A program made the position numbers and the translations under genes. Shown piece by piece: positions 37,897 through 48,141 of a DNA stretch of 64,000 nt. The notes below the pieces were generated by a model. That model worked only from the letters and a program-made list of their open reading frames with translations. It was not told where the DNA came from and did not search any database. The stretch's first letter is position 1; every line of letters begins with the position of its first letter. The DNA is taken from positions 64,001 to 128,000 of the forward strand of contig JAPDJY010000035.1 of NCBI GenBank assembly GCA_029258835.1, in the 5' to 3' direction. The stretch comes from Thermoproteota archaeon. Lineage in GTDB: Archaea; Asgardarchaeota; Jordiarchaeia; Jordiarchaeales; Freyrarchaeaceae.

Positions 37897-38532
37897 TTGA
37901 ACTTGAAAAACTTGGAAGTAGTGGAACAGGCTCCTTTAACTGTGGCATTAGTTCCCTTTACTCATCATTTTCCATATACCGGAAGGGAAATAGCGCCGCT
38001 GTGGGCTCTGAAGACATTCGGCATACAGGGGGATTCCATAATCGTTTTCCGTGGTCCCCTTAGCGTTTTAGAGTCCGAACTCGTAGACGTGAAAGACCTT
38101 GTCTTTGAAGGAGGAAAAGGACGCCCTGTTATTTCGTCTAAGGATGCCATAAGCTTTATCATAGAACATTTTGATCAGCAACCACCATCTCTACGGCTAA
38201 TGTATCATAGACTTAGGATCATAGCGTTCCTTTTTAAGGAGCTTGCCGAGGAAAAATGCGGCTTAAGGCTTCAACGTGACGGTACAGACACATACTTTAA
38301 TGGAGGAAAACTTAACGTTGGGGTGGCAACAGTTTCCTCGGGATCCGGAAAAATCCATTTTGCAATAAACATTTCCGTTGAGGGAGCGCCTCCCGGAATC
38401 AAAGTAGCAAGCCTCCTAGACTTAGGCGTTAGCGAAGGTGAAGTCGAGTCGTTTGCTGTTTCCCTCGCTAAACGTTACAGGCGTGAGATACTAGACGTTG
38501 AGAGTGACGTTGCGAAATCTAAAACCTTCTAA
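37897..38532 (+). CDS. DUF366 family protein (que-cluster associated)
   Basis: YTGREIAPLWA, GDSIIVFRGP, FIIEHFD, RDGTD, KLNVGVAT and KIHFAINI motifs. Confidence 0.85.
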   Translation: MNLKNLEVVEQAPLTVALVPFTHHFPYTGREIAPLWALKTFGIQGDSIIVFRGPLSVLESELVDVKDLVFEGGKGRPVISSKDAISFIIEHFDQQPPSLRLMYHRLRIIAFLFKELAEEKCGLRLQRDGTDTYFNGGKLNVGVATVSSGSGKIHFAINISVEGAPPGIKVASLLDLGVSEGEVESFAVSLAKRYRREILDVESDVAKSKTF

Positions 38533-38542
38533 GGGTGATAAG

Positions 38543-39004
38543 TTGCCCTACAGGCTTACGGTTGAAAGAGCAGACTTAACGTTTTCAGCTGCCCATTTCC
38601 TCCTCAAACATGAGAAGTGTGCCCGTTTACACGGTCATAACTATAAGGTTAGGGTGGAAGTTGCTTCCGACCTTTTAGATGGAAAACACATGGTGATCGA
38701 CTTCTTTTCCATAAGAGAGCTGGCTAGAAAGGCGTGCGAACCGTTGGATCATCGCGTTTTAATACCAGCTAAGTCTAATGAAATCTCGATTAAAGAATGT
38801 GAAAACGAGGTTGAAGTTGTTCTCACCGACCGGAGGTACGTTTTCCCCAGAAGCGATGTAGCGTTACTACCTTTAGAAGCCACAACTGTAGAAAAAATTG
38901 CTGAATATCTCTATGCGAAGATTAGGGAGAAGCTCCCGGAAGGTTTTAATCTTAAGGTCTCAGTAGAGGAAGCTGAAGGAGCTATAGCAACGTTTGAACT
39001 ATAA
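38543..39004 (+). CDS. queD: 6-carboxy-5,6,7,8-tetrahydropterin synthase
   Basis: FSAAHF, CARLHGHNY, VIDF, LDHRVL and TTVE motifs; start set at TTG 38543 after GGGTGA. Confidence 0.92.
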   Translation: MPYRLTVERADLTFSAAHFLLKHEKCARLHGHNYKVRVEVASDLLDGKHMVIDFFSIRELARKACEPLDHRVLIPAKSNEISIKECENEVEVVLTDRRYVFPRSDVALLPLEATTVEKIAEYLYAKIREKLPEGFNLKVSVEEAEGAIATFEL

Positions 39005-39832
39005 CTCCTCCAGAAAGACGAGTTTTAACTCCTGTATGCTTATCCTTTCTCCCCGCTTTAGCTTCTCCCTTATAGCTGCCGCTCTTTCCTTCATCATTTT
39101 CTTCTTTTTTCTCTCCTCTTCTTCTTTTCTTTTCTTCAATGCTTTATTATACAGCCGTCTATAAACGGCCTCCTCGTCTTCAAGCTTCACTAGCTCATTT
39201 TCTTTCTCAACGATCTTCCCAAAAACCTTTAAGAAGTTCTTATGTGCTTGCTCTGCCTGAGCCCTAAACTCCATCATTTTCTCCTGTAGCTCGAAGATTT
39301 TTTCATCAAGAAGCGCGATCCCCTCGCTTTTTTGCCTGATCTCGTCAAGAATCCTCTGTCTTCTCTTTTTAAGTTCTCCGATCTCTTCTCTCATCTTTTT
39401 TAACTTCTCCCAGATCTCGATTTCTCCCTCGAGCCTAGCGATTTCTTTTACTAGCATGTTTTCCTTTTCAAGAGGAAGCGGATTTGTCTGAATAACCCAT
39501 TCTAACTCTTCGATCCTTTCTCTAACCCGCTTCTCCCGAATGGCAGATTCCTTTCTTGACTTATTCTTAATCTCCTCCGACAGAACTCTTATCCTTTCCT
39601 TAACCTTTTTCAGCTCTTCTTTAATTTCTTTAATTTCCTCAACCTTTCTTTGCCTTTTCTTTCTGAGCTCTCTTATCTCTTGGAGTAGCTTTTTAGCCTT
39701 CATATTGCTTTTTTTTCTCGCTTCTTTATGTTTCTCAGCGTACTCCCGTAATCTTTTTAGTTCTTCCTGAACCTTTAGACGGTGCTTTTCGATCTCTGAC
39801 ATTTTCGCCCTGTAAAATTCTTCAGTCTGCAT
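38999..39832 (-). CDS. Archaeal long coiled-coil protein
   Basis: Lys/Glu-rich heptads with LEWVIQTNPLPLEKENMLV and KLKRGERISIQEL motifs; start set at ATG 39832. Confidence 0.8.
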   Translation of the reverse strand: MQTEEFYRAKMSEIEKHRLKVQEELKRLREYAEKHKEARKKSNMKAKKLLQEIRELRKKRQRKVEEIKEIKEELKKVKERIRVLSEEIKNKSRKESAIREKRVRERIEELEWVIQTNPLPLEKENMLVKEIARLEGEIEIWEKLKKMREEIGELKKRRQRILDEIRQKSEGIALLDEKIFELQEKMMEFRAQAEQAHKNFLKVFGKIVEKENELVKLEDEEAVYRRLYNKALKKRKEEEERKKKKMMKERAAAIREKLKRGERISIQELKLVFLEEL

Positions 39833-39950
39833 GTAATACTGGCCTCCATAGACAACTTTAATTACAACTTTAATTCTCAACTATATTAAAAAATCCTTGG
39901 TACTCCAACTTGCCTTTCAACGAGATGTAGTTAAGACACTGGGGGGAATA

Positions 39951-40532
39951 ATGTTACGTCGAAAAGACTATTACTACGTTAAAGCCCGCAGAGAAGGGTA
40001 TAGGTCTAGGGCAGCCTACAAGTTAAAACAGATCGCTGTCAAGTTTAAAATCTTTCAGGACGTAAAGAAAGTGATAGATTTATGTTGTGCCCCTGGAGGA
40101 TGGCTTCAGGTGGCACGAGAGTTCGTGGGGGAAGAAGGGCAGATAATAGGGGTCGACTTAGTGGACATACGAAGTATTCCAAGCGTCACCTTTATCAAAG
40201 GCGACATACAAAAGGAGGAGACACTCCAAAGGATTTTAGAAGTTGCCGGTGAAGTTGATTTAGTACTAAGTGACTGCTCCCCCAAAGTGAGTGGGGTATG
40301 GTGTCTGGATCATGAACGGCAGATACAATTGGCTAGGGCTAGTTTAAACATTGCTAAGCACACGCTGAGAAAAGGAGGAACACTCGTTTTGAAGGTGTTC
40401 CAAGGATCAGAGTATACAACGATCCTCGAAGAAATACGTAAAAGTTTTCGGAAAGTCTACACCACTAAGCCCGCTGCTTCTAGAAGGCGAAGCGCTGAAA
40501 TGTACGTGATAGCGAAGTACTTTATGAAGTAA
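39951..40532 (+). CDS. rlmE: 23S rRNA 2'-O-methyltransferase RlmE/FtsJ
   Basis: YRSRAAYKL, DLCCAPGGW, VLSDCSP, KVFQG and KPAASR..SAEMY motifs. Confidence 0.94.
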   Translation: MLRRKDYYYVKARREGYRSRAAYKLKQIAVKFKIFQDVKKVIDLCCAPGGWLQVAREFVGEEGQIIGVDLVDIRSIPSVTFIKGDIQKEETLQRILEVAGEVDLVLSDCSPKVSGVWCLDHERQIQLARASLNIAKHTLRKGGTLVLKVFQGSEYTTILEEIRKSFRKVYTTKPAASRRRSAEMYVIAKYFMK

Positions 40533-40592
40533 ATTTTATGGTTTAGAGAGAGGTAGCTTGAAAAGAATGATAAAAAGTGGAGAGCAACATTG

Positions 40593-40940
40593 TTAGATCT
40601 TACTAGCTTCCATGTTTATCCATTCCGTTAGTTTCCAGCACCGGATCGGAGAGATAGGTTGCCCTATGCCGCAGCGTGATATTTGTTTGCAGGTGAAGCA
40701 AGGACATCCGCCAAGTGTGTTCCATTTAACTTCCACATTTTCTTTTTCATTTGCGAAGATCCGGTAAGTCCATCTTCCCTTGTAGAGCTCTCTAAGCCTC
40801 CTTATAAGCCCTTTTTTCTCGAGCCTCATGGCAACCCTAGATCCTTCCCTACTATTTACGCCAAGCTTCCTCCACAGGTCGCTTTGAAGAAGTCCTTTTT
40901 CTCCTGCTTCCCGAATGATTTCGTAGGCCTTTTCTTCCAT
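40593..40940 (-). CDS. Transcription factor E beta subunit (C34/RPC39-like; wHTH plus FeS domain)
   Basis: GLLQSDLWRKLGVNSREGSR wHTH, GRWTY, and C-terminal PCFTC.....C....ISP..C..LTEW cysteine cluster. Confidence 0.85.
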   Translation of the reverse strand: MEEKAYEIIREAGEKGLLQSDLWRKLGVNSREGSRVAMRLEKKGLIRRLRELYKGRWTYRIFANEKENVEVKWNTLGGCPCFTCKQISRCGIGQPISPIRCWKLTEWINMEASKI

Positions 40941-41066
40941 TGGACTCCCTCACGGACAACATGGATAGAAAGCAATTAAAAAGATTTAGTTTTTAGTTTT
41001 CAGCTAACATTATAAAAAATAAAGAACCTTGTTTTTTCTTTCTAAAATTACTATTTTACTATTAAT

Positions 41067-42446
41067 TCAAAACGCTGCCAGCATTAGGATATCGTTAACG
41101 TTGGTTCCGGTTGGCCCAGTTACTATAAGTCCGTCACCTAACAATTCAAAGAAGCTTGTTGAGTCATGGCGTTTTAAAAAATCCTTAGCATTTAAACCCT
41201 TCCTTTCCCCCTTCCAAATCGTTCTTCCATCCACGAGTGCTCCTGCAGCATGGGAGAATCCGTCTATTCCGTCCGTGTCAAAGCTGGTTACAATCGCGTT
41301 TTTGATTCCAGACATTCTAAGCGCCGCACTTAAAGCAAGCTCTTGATTTCTTCCGCCTTTTCCTCCTTCCTTCTCGACGGTGACTGTTGTCTCCCCTCCC
41401 ATGATCATCAATGCAGGCTTTCGAAGCGGTTTTCCATAATATGCTAGGTCTTTCAGGATGCTTGCAGCTAAGCAGCCAACCTCCCTAGCTTCCCCTTCCA
41501 TATGAGTTGTTAAAACCATCGAGTGCACCCCTCTCCTAGCAGCTTCACGAGCAACTTCATTACAAGCAATCCTGTTGGTTGCTATGAGGATATTGCTCAC
41601 TCTCCGAAAGACGGGGTTTCCAGGCTTAGGGGTATCTGCAATTTTTCCTTCCTTACCCCTCTTAAGCAACGCTCTGACTTTACCGCTACACTTTTCCCAT
41701 ATTCCATATTTCCTCAGGATTATTATAGCGTCGGAGAAGGATGTTGGGTCTGGAGCCGTCGGACCCGAAGAGACGTCTTCCAGCGCATCACCTACAACAT
41801 CTGAGATTATTAAGCTTATAACCTTGGCTGGATGTGCATATTCGGCTAGCCGCCCACCTTTAATCTTAGAAAGATGTCTCCTTACAGTATTGACTTCTCC
41901 TATTGTTGCCCCGCTTCTGAGAAGCAGCAGCGTGATTTCCTGCATTTCTTCTAACCCTAAACCATCGGCGGGCATGGCCATCAGAGCCGAGCCGCCTCCA
42001 GATATCAAGCAGAATATGATGTCATTTTCTCCTGCTTTCTCGACTACCTTAAGTATTTCCCGTGCACAGTTAACACTCGCTTCGTCCGGAACAGGATGCT
42101 CCCCTTCGAGGAGCCTTACTCTCTTAACCCTGAATGTTCCGGCTGTACCGCGTTGAACACACACGACACCGCCACTTATGACATCCTTCAGGAGTTCCTC
42201 TAGGGCTTCAGCCATTGCTCCGCTAGCTTTACCCGCCCCAACAACGTAAACGTGCCCTACGTTCCTTAAAGACACACGTATATTTTTAACCCGGATAACT
42301 TCTCCGCTTAGTGAGACTGCGCGTCTAACGGCAACTCTAGGATCTGAAACTTTTATCGCTTTTTCAACCAGGTCTAAAATAAGACCTCGTGCTCTTCTTT
42401 CCTCACCATTAGCGGCATCTAAGAGGGATTCCCTGTTTTTTATCAA
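41067..42446 (-). CDS. Glycerate 2-kinase (MOFRL family)
   Basis: GAGKAS, HPVPD, LISGGGSAL, IISDVVGD, GGETTV, GGRNQE, TDGIDG and TGTNVND motifs. Confidence 0.93.
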   Translation of the reverse strand: MIKNRESLLDAANGEERRARGLILDLVEKAIKVSDPRVAVRRAVSLSGEVIRVKNIRVSLRNVGHVYVVGAGKASGAMAEALEELLKDVISGGVVCVQRGTAGTFRVKRVRLLEGEHPVPDEASVNCAREILKVVEKAGENDIIFCLISGGGSALMAMPADGLGLEEMQEITLLLLRSGATIGEVNTVRRHLSKIKGGRLAEYAHPAKVISLIISDVVGDALEDVSSGPTAPDPTSFSDAIIILRKYGIWEKCSGKVRALLKRGKEGKIADTPKPGNPVFRRVSNILIATNRIACNEVAREAARRGVHSMVLTTHMEGEAREVGCLAASILKDLAYYGKPLRKPALMIMGGETTVTVEKEGGKGGRNQELALSAALRMSGIKNAIVTSFDTDGIDGFSHAAGALVDGRTIWKGERKGLNAKDFLKRHDSTSFFELLGDGLIVTGPTGTNVNDILMLAAF

Positions 42447-42460
42447 AGCAAACCACCACT

Positions 42461-43864
42461 TTATAGGAGAAGCGATAATTCTTCTAAAGCCCGAAGGATC
42501 CTTTCTCCCTTCCGTGTCAACTTGAAGTATTTTCTACGTTTCCCAGTTATCTCTTCGATCAACCCTCTTGCTAAAAGATCCTCTAAGTGCTGATAGACTG
42601 CTTGAATGGAGAGGCGCTTTCCTAAAGCTTTCCATATTTCATAACCATAAGATTCTTCAACCTCGAGGAACCTTAATATTTCAAGCTTTGTTTTAAAGCC
42701 TCCCCTTGACCTCACCCCTCTCTTAGCGCCATTGGCCAAAGCGTCTATAACATATGGGTCCTTTAGCCCGCTGGCGGTAATCAGGCAAACAACGGTTTCA
42801 GAGGGATTTATTTCGCCATAATCTAAAAGCTTCTTGAAGCATGCTACTGATGCCGCACTGGCGGGCTCCGAGAAGATGCCTTCAGCCTTAGCTAGGATTC
42901 TTTCAGCAGTAATAATCTCCTCATCGGTAACTGTGACAACCTTCCCACCGCTCTCTCTTACAGCCTGCACCGCTAGCCCCCCATAAGCAGGGCTTGCAAC
43001 TAAAAGACCTAAAGCTATGGTTTTAGGATTCTTAACCTTTCTCACTTCTATTTTTCCTTCCTCGCTGATCAGGGTGGCACATCCCTCCGCCTGAGCGAGC
43101 ACCATTCCCGGAGGGTCTTCGATTAAACTTAAAGCTAAGCATTCCTTCACGCCTTTCCAAATGGAATATGCTGTGTTTCCGGTTCCTGTGGGAACAATAA
43201 CCCAATCCACACCTTTCACTTTTTCAAAAATTTCATGGGAAATCGTTTTCTGCGCCTCAACTGAAAGCGGGTTAAGCTCAGGCGTGGCTTGATAAGACTT
43301 AGCGCCCATTTTCTCTGCTTCAACTATTGCTTCATCGATTGTGTCGCCATTTCTTAGAATTTTCCCACCGTAAATGTGCATCTGAGCTAGTTTTCCGACG
43401 TTAACCTCTTTTGGGGTTACGATGGTGCAACCCATCTTCACTTTAGCACAGTATGCAGCGGCGGCGGCTCCGAAATTACCGTGTGAAGCACACACAATGG
43501 TTTTAGCTCCGAGATCCAAGGCGTTAGATACTATTAATGAAGCCGCCCTATCTCTATATGAGCTAGTTGGATTAACAGACTCGTCTTTAAGGTAGATATG
43601 TCTTCCGCCGATCCTATGTGCAAGCTCCCGGGCTTCTCTAAGGGGAGTACCTCCTTCACCCATACTTACAATACATTTATCGCTTACAGGGGGGAAAATG
43701 CGGCGATACCTCCAAAGCCCCTTTCCCTTATCATACGGAGAAGGCAATTCCTCGTAATTGTAAGTGTAATCTAGAATTCCTCCGCATATATCGCATCTAG
43801 CCACGGGGGGAAACATATTTTTCCTTCTACCACAAGTGGTACACTGTAGCGAGACAGACGCCAA
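42461..43864 (-). CDS. Threonine synthase-like fold-type II protein fused to a C-terminal PadR-like wHTH
   Basis: N-terminal Zn ribbon, SMGEGGTPL, KDESVNPTSSYRDR, PTGTG and EPASAA; C-terminal YGYEIWKAL..QAVYQHL..RKYFKLTRKG. Confidence 0.85.
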   Translation of the reverse strand: MASVSLQCTTCGRRKNMFPPVARCDICGGILDYTYNYEELPSPYDKGKGLWRYRRIFPPVSDKCIVSMGEGGTPLREARELAHRIGGRHIYLKDESVNPTSSYRDRAASLIVSNALDLGAKTIVCASHGNFGAAAAAYCAKVKMGCTIVTPKEVNVGKLAQMHIYGGKILRNGDTIDEAIVEAEKMGAKSYQATPELNPLSVEAQKTISHEIFEKVKGVDWVIVPTGTGNTAYSIWKGVKECLALSLIEDPPGMVLAQAEGCATLISEEGKIEVRKVKNPKTIALGLLVASPAYGGLAVQAVRESGGKVVTVTDEEIITAERILAKAEGIFSEPASAASVACFKKLLDYGEINPSETVVCLITASGLKDPYVIDALANGAKRGVRSRGGFKTKLEILRFLEVEESYGYEIWKALGKRLSIQAVYQHLEDLLARGLIEEITGKRRKYFKLTRKGERILRALEELSLLL

Positions 43865-43945
43865 CAGCGAACCCTCCTTCGCTTAAATCTTTATTTAGGA
43901 AGGAATGCAACAAAAAAATTACTTTAATAACTTGGAGGGACGAAA

Positions 43946-44476
43946 GTGCAAGGTGCACTGGGCAGCCTTCTCCTGCGCTCCCTTTTCCGTCTAGAGGAGC
44001 GTGAAGTACAAGTTATAGTAACGAAGAATATGCCTCAAATAGCATTGGATGACAGGGAAATAGGCCCCCTAATGGAGGGACAAACGGTATCCCTTCCGGT
44101 GTGGCAGGTGGCCCCCTTCATAAAAGCGAATGTAGTGCAGTGTAAACACGAGGAAGCCATTAACCTAGCGGAATTATATAATTACTTATGGAATGAAGAG
44201 CAGCAACCCCCCCTGCAGCCTCTCCCAGATGACTTTTACATACGACTAAAAATATTCATTGAATCCTCCTCCGAGGGTGACAGACGAAAAATAATCCCGG
44301 TCGTAAAAGACCTTCTCCTCAAAAGAGCTGAAAAGATCGTTAAAGCCGCCTTGAAAGCAGGACACACTAAAAAAGTATCAGAAAACATGCTCGGCGAAGA
44401 AAGGATACTTTACCAGCAACTAAGCAAGATGATAAGCCAGTGGCTAGCAACATTACATAACTTTTTAAATGTTTAA
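43946..44476 (+). CDS. GINS subunit (Gins23/Psf2-like)
   Basis: IGPL..GQTVSLPVW B-domain, LQPLPDDFY and R..KIVK; directly upstream of mcm. Confidence 0.8.
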   Translation: MQGALGSLLLRSLFRLEEREVQVIVTKNMPQIALDDREIGPLMEGQTVSLPVWQVAPFIKANVVQCKHEEAINLAELYNYLWNEEQQPPLQPLPDDFYIRLKIFIESSSEGDRRKIIPVVKDLLLKRAEKIVKAALKAGHTKKVSENMLGEERILYQQLSKMISQWLATLHNFLNV

Positions 44477-44515
44477 TGATAGAGCTATCATGAAGCTTCT
44501 AAAGGTGCCTTAACG

Positions 44516-46570
44516 ATGCTAATGGATCCACAGGAACGTTTTGAAACATTCCTGAAAGAGTATCGTTCAGAAGCTGGAACCCCCATTTACAGGGAGAAAA
44601 TAAACCAGTTAACAGTTACCGGGGACAGAAGCCTAATAGTTAACTTTAACCATCTTGTAGCGTTCGACCCAGAACTAGCAAGACGGACAATCCAGCATCC
44701 AGACCGCTTCCTCGCAGCAGCCAACCAAGCCCTAAGGAATATTCTTAAGCAAACAGATCCAGATTATTCGAGCAAAGTGGAGCGGCTCCACGTTAGACTC
44801 TCAAATTTCCCTGAAGAATACCATGTATCGCTAAGACGGCTAAGATCAGAACACATAGGCCGCTTAATAGTAATAAGTGGAATCCTGACACGTGCCACAG
44901 AAGTGAAACCCCGCCTTATCAAGGCAGTGTTTAAATGCCGTAGATGTGGAGAGCTAATAGCCATCCACCAAGAAGACCGAACCATAGTAACCCCTACAGA
45001 GTGCACGAACCCTAACTGTAGGCGTAGAGGCCCATTCGACCTTCAAATAGAAGAGTCGGACTTCATGGACTGGCAAAAAATAAGGATCCAAGAAAAACCT
45101 GAAGACCTTCCTCCAGGCCAATTGCCACGAAGCATTGATGCCACACTTACAGACGACATAGTAGATTTAGCCCGGCCAGGGGATCGCGTGACGATAACAG
45201 GGATCCTCAGGGCTGTTCCCGAAACGAGTACGAGAAAGGCAAAATTAACCACCTTCAGCACTATAGTGGAAGTCAATAACATAGAAACAGTGGGAGCGGA
45301 ATCTGAAAAACTCGAAATAAGCGAGGAGGACGAGGAGAAAATAACACAGTTAGCCCAAGACCCCTACATAATTCAAAAAATTATCCGTTCAATAGCTCCT
45401 AGCATTTACGGATATGAAACAATTAAAGAGGCGATAGCACTTCTTCTCTTCGGTGGAGTGCCCAAAGAGATGCCTGACAAGGTCAGGATCCGCGGAGACA
45501 TAAACGTGTTACTCCTTGGAGATCCAGGGGTGGGTAAGTCGCAAATCTTACAGTACGTTGCCAGAATAGCTCCACGAGGGTTATATACCTCAGGGAGAGG
45601 CGCTACAGCAGCTGGTTTAACCGCAGCTGTAATGAGAGATCCAGAAAGCGGGACAATGCTGCTCGAAGCAGGAGCACTAGTACTGGCTGACCAAGGTGTT
45701 GCATGTATTGACGAAATGGACAAAATGCGTGAGCAGGACCGGGTTGCCCTTCACGAGGCGATGGAAAGCGGGATGCTATCCATAGCTAAAGGAGGCATTG
45801 TAGCAACGCTTAACGCAAGAACATCTATTCTAGCAGCTGCAAACCCGGCTCTGGGACGTTACAACCCCTATAGGCCACCCTCTGAAAACTTTAGTCTTCC
45901 CCCAACGATTCTCTCTCGGTTTGACCTAATTTTCGTTTTAATCGATAAGCCTGCTAAAGAGCACGATGAACGAATGGCCAACCACATCCTTCACCTTCAT
46001 CGCGAGTATTCCAGTGAGGAGCCTCCACCGATACCACCGGATCTACTAAGGAAGTACATTGCATATGCTCGGAGGAACATTAAACCAAAGCTTTCGTCGG
46101 AGGCCGTGGAGAAGCTGCGTGATTTCTACCTTGAGATGAGAAGCAAAGGTGAGCAACCTGACGCTCCAGTCCCCATCACAGCAAGACAGCTTGAGGCTCT
46201 AGTCCGGCTTGCAGAAGCAAGGGCGAAAATGGCGTTAAGGAGTGAAGTAACTGTTGAAGACGCTGAAGCGGCTATACGTTTAATGAAGGCATCTTTACAG
46301 CAAGTTGGACGTGATGTGGAGTCGGGGCTTTTCGACATCGATACAATTTACCTTGGTAGCCCTAAGAGTCAACGGGACAAAATGCAAGTTATCCTAGATA
46401 TTATTAGCGGTTTGGAAGCTGAGCTTGGTGGCCCAGTACCGGTTGAACGAATAATAAGTGAAGCGGCATCGGAGAATATTGACAGGAAATTTGTGGAGAG
46501 AGCTTTAAGCCGCTTCCTGAACGATGGTTTACTCTTTGAACCCAAGCAGGGGCATGTAAAACGCGTGTAA
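44516..46570 (+). CDS. mcm: Replicative helicase MCM
   Basis: Zn finger, GDPGVGKSQ, IDEMDKM, AAANP, SRFD and TARQLE motifs; no intein. Confidence 0.98.
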   Translation: MLMDPQERFETFLKEYRSEAGTPIYREKINQLTVTGDRSLIVNFNHLVAFDPELARRTIQHPDRFLAAANQALRNILKQTDPDYSSKVERLHVRLSNFPEEYHVSLRRLRSEHIGRLIVISGILTRATEVKPRLIKAVFKCRRCGELIAIHQEDRTIVTPTECTNPNCRRRGPFDLQIEESDFMDWQKIRIQEKPEDLPPGQLPRSIDATLTDDIVDLARPGDRVTITGILRAVPETSTRKAKLTTFSTIVEVNNIETVGAESEKLEISEEDEEKITQLAQDPYIIQKIIRSIAPSIYGYETIKEAIALLLFGGVPKEMPDKVRIRGDINVLLLGDPGVGKSQILQYVARIAPRGLYTSGRGATAAGLTAAVMRDPESGTMLLEAGALVLADQGVACIDEMDKMREQDRVALHEAMESGMLSIAKGGIVATLNARTSILAAANPALGRYNPYRPPSENFSLPPTILSRFDLIFVLIDKPAKEHDERMANHILHLHREYSSEEPPPIPPDLLRKYIAYARRNIKPKLSSEAVEKLRDFYLEMRSKGEQPDAPVPITARQLEALVRLAEARAKMALRSEVTVEDAEAAIRLMKASLQQVGRDVESGLFDIDTIYLGSPKSQRDKMQVILDIISGLEAELGGPVPVERIISEAASENIDRKFVERALSRFLNDGLLFEPKQGHVKRV

Positions 46571-46725
46571 CAGTGCGCTCTTTAATTCATTAATGGGATA
46601 TTTATTTAGTATGTAAACTCGTACTTTTCTCATTTTCCTCTTTGAATGGATAAAAGGGCGTCTAGTTTTCTGAAAAATAAAAAGGCTGAAGTTTTATATA
46701 AGGGAACTTAGGCATCTTTTCTGAG

Positions 46726-47910
46726 GTGATTAATTTGAGTTCGCCTGTCAGCATTAATTTTGAAGCAAGGCTTAGAAGAATTAGAGGGAAGATGGAGGAG
46801 GAAGGAATCGATGTCATTGTAGGTACCCGTCTTCGGACGCTGGGCTACGTAACAGGCGCCTTTATTCCTTGGAGAAGTGCTGTGGTAATACCTTTAGAAG
46901 GCGAACCGGAGATATTCACCATTCTGCTTGATGTTGAGAGGGTTAAGGATGACAGTTGGATCAAGAACGTTAAGGGATGGGGGCCGGCGGAGGGAATGTA
47001 TCTGGAACCATTAATTGCTGAGGCCATTAGAAATTTTGGATATGAAAAGGGTAGAATAGGTGTGGAGTATGGACAGGAGTGGATCCTGGCTTCCGGACAC
47101 ATTCTTGCTTCTGAATATGACAACTTGAAGAAGCTTCTGCCTGATGCTGAGTTTAAGAACGCTACGCCGATAATAGACCATTTAACTCTTTACAAAGAGC
47201 CCGAGGAAATAAAACTTCTCAGGAGGGCGTCGGAAATTACTGACGTCGGACAGCAAGCTGTTAAAGAAGCCCTCGAGGTTGGAATGACGGAGACGGAGGT
47301 TGCTGGGGTGGCGGAGTACGCCATGCGAAAGGCAGGAAGCGATTGGGCTTGGACGCTAACCGGGGGGCAAGAAATTGCATCTGGATATAGAACTGCTTAT
47401 GCTTGGGGCGGATGTACTCCTGCGACAGATAAAATAATTCAGCCGGGAGATAATGTACTGGTTGATCTTCATGCCATGTATCGCCTCTACTATGGAGACC
47501 TTTCCCATAATTATATTATGGGGCGTCCATCCAAGGAACAAAAGAAGTTGTCTGACGCCTTCGTTGAAATTTCTTACGCTCTTATAGATGAAATGCAGCC
47601 GGGGGCAAAGATCGGTGATGTTGCAAAGAAAGCCATGAAGGTAGCTGAAAAACACGGATACGGAAATAATGTCCTTTTTGGTTTTGGCCATGGGATAGGG
47701 GGCGTAGGAAACGAGTCGTATCCCCTTATCTTAGACATGCCTCCTTGGGGTGACATGGAGCTGGAGGCTAACATGGTCGAAGTAGCAGCTGTTGTCTTAA
47801 ATAAACCTGGTGTCGGAGGGATGAGGCTGGAGGCGCCAGTCTGGATAAAAGAAAATGGGAATGAGGTGCTTCCGAAAACGCCGATAGAGCCGGACATAAT
47901 CGAAATTTAA
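46726..47910 (+). CDS. M24 family (Xaa-Pro peptidase/creatinase-like) protein
   Basis: Creatinase N-terminal domain, KEPEEI, YYGDLS, GHGIG and GGMRLE motifs. Confidence 0.85.
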   Translation: MINLSSPVSINFEARLRRIRGKMEEEGIDVIVGTRLRTLGYVTGAFIPWRSAVVIPLEGEPEIFTILLDVERVKDDSWIKNVKGWGPAEGMYLEPLIAEAIRNFGYEKGRIGVEYGQEWILASGHILASEYDNLKKLLPDAEFKNATPIIDHLTLYKEPEEIKLLRRASEITDVGQQAVKEALEVGMTETEVAGVAEYAMRKAGSDWAWTLTGGQEIASGYRTAYAWGGCTPATDKIIQPGDNVLVDLHAMYRLYYGDLSHNYIMGRPSKEQKKLSDAFVEISYALIDEMQPGAKIGDVAKKAMKVAEKHGYGNNVLFGFGHGIGGVGNESYPLILDMPPWGDMELEANMVEVAAVVLNKPGVGGMRLEAPVWIKENGNEVLPKTPIEPDIIEI

Positions 47911-48141
47911 AAAAGTATGGTACCACTTTTCTCCTTCTGATTTATTACGCTAAAATCTAAGCTAATAGCTAGAAGAACATTTCACTTTTGACCGTCTTAA
48001 GTTCCATGAAACATGACCTCGCCTCCAGCTTCAATGAATTTTTATTTTTATTAAGGTTAAGGGTGAATTAAAGGGAAAACCACATGCTTTATATTTTACT
48101 ATTTTTTAAGTTTTAGTAGACTTTATGTTGGTGGCCTAATA

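Noticed and set aside
38999-39832. Coiled-coil protein as an ESCRT-III or SMC-like eukaryotic signature protein
   Set aside because: No ATPase or Snf7 features; it resembles a widespread archaeal coiled-coil family.
44516-46570. Intein in MCM (also checked for Rpo1N)
   Set aside because: Lengths and motif spacing are normal, with no insertion.
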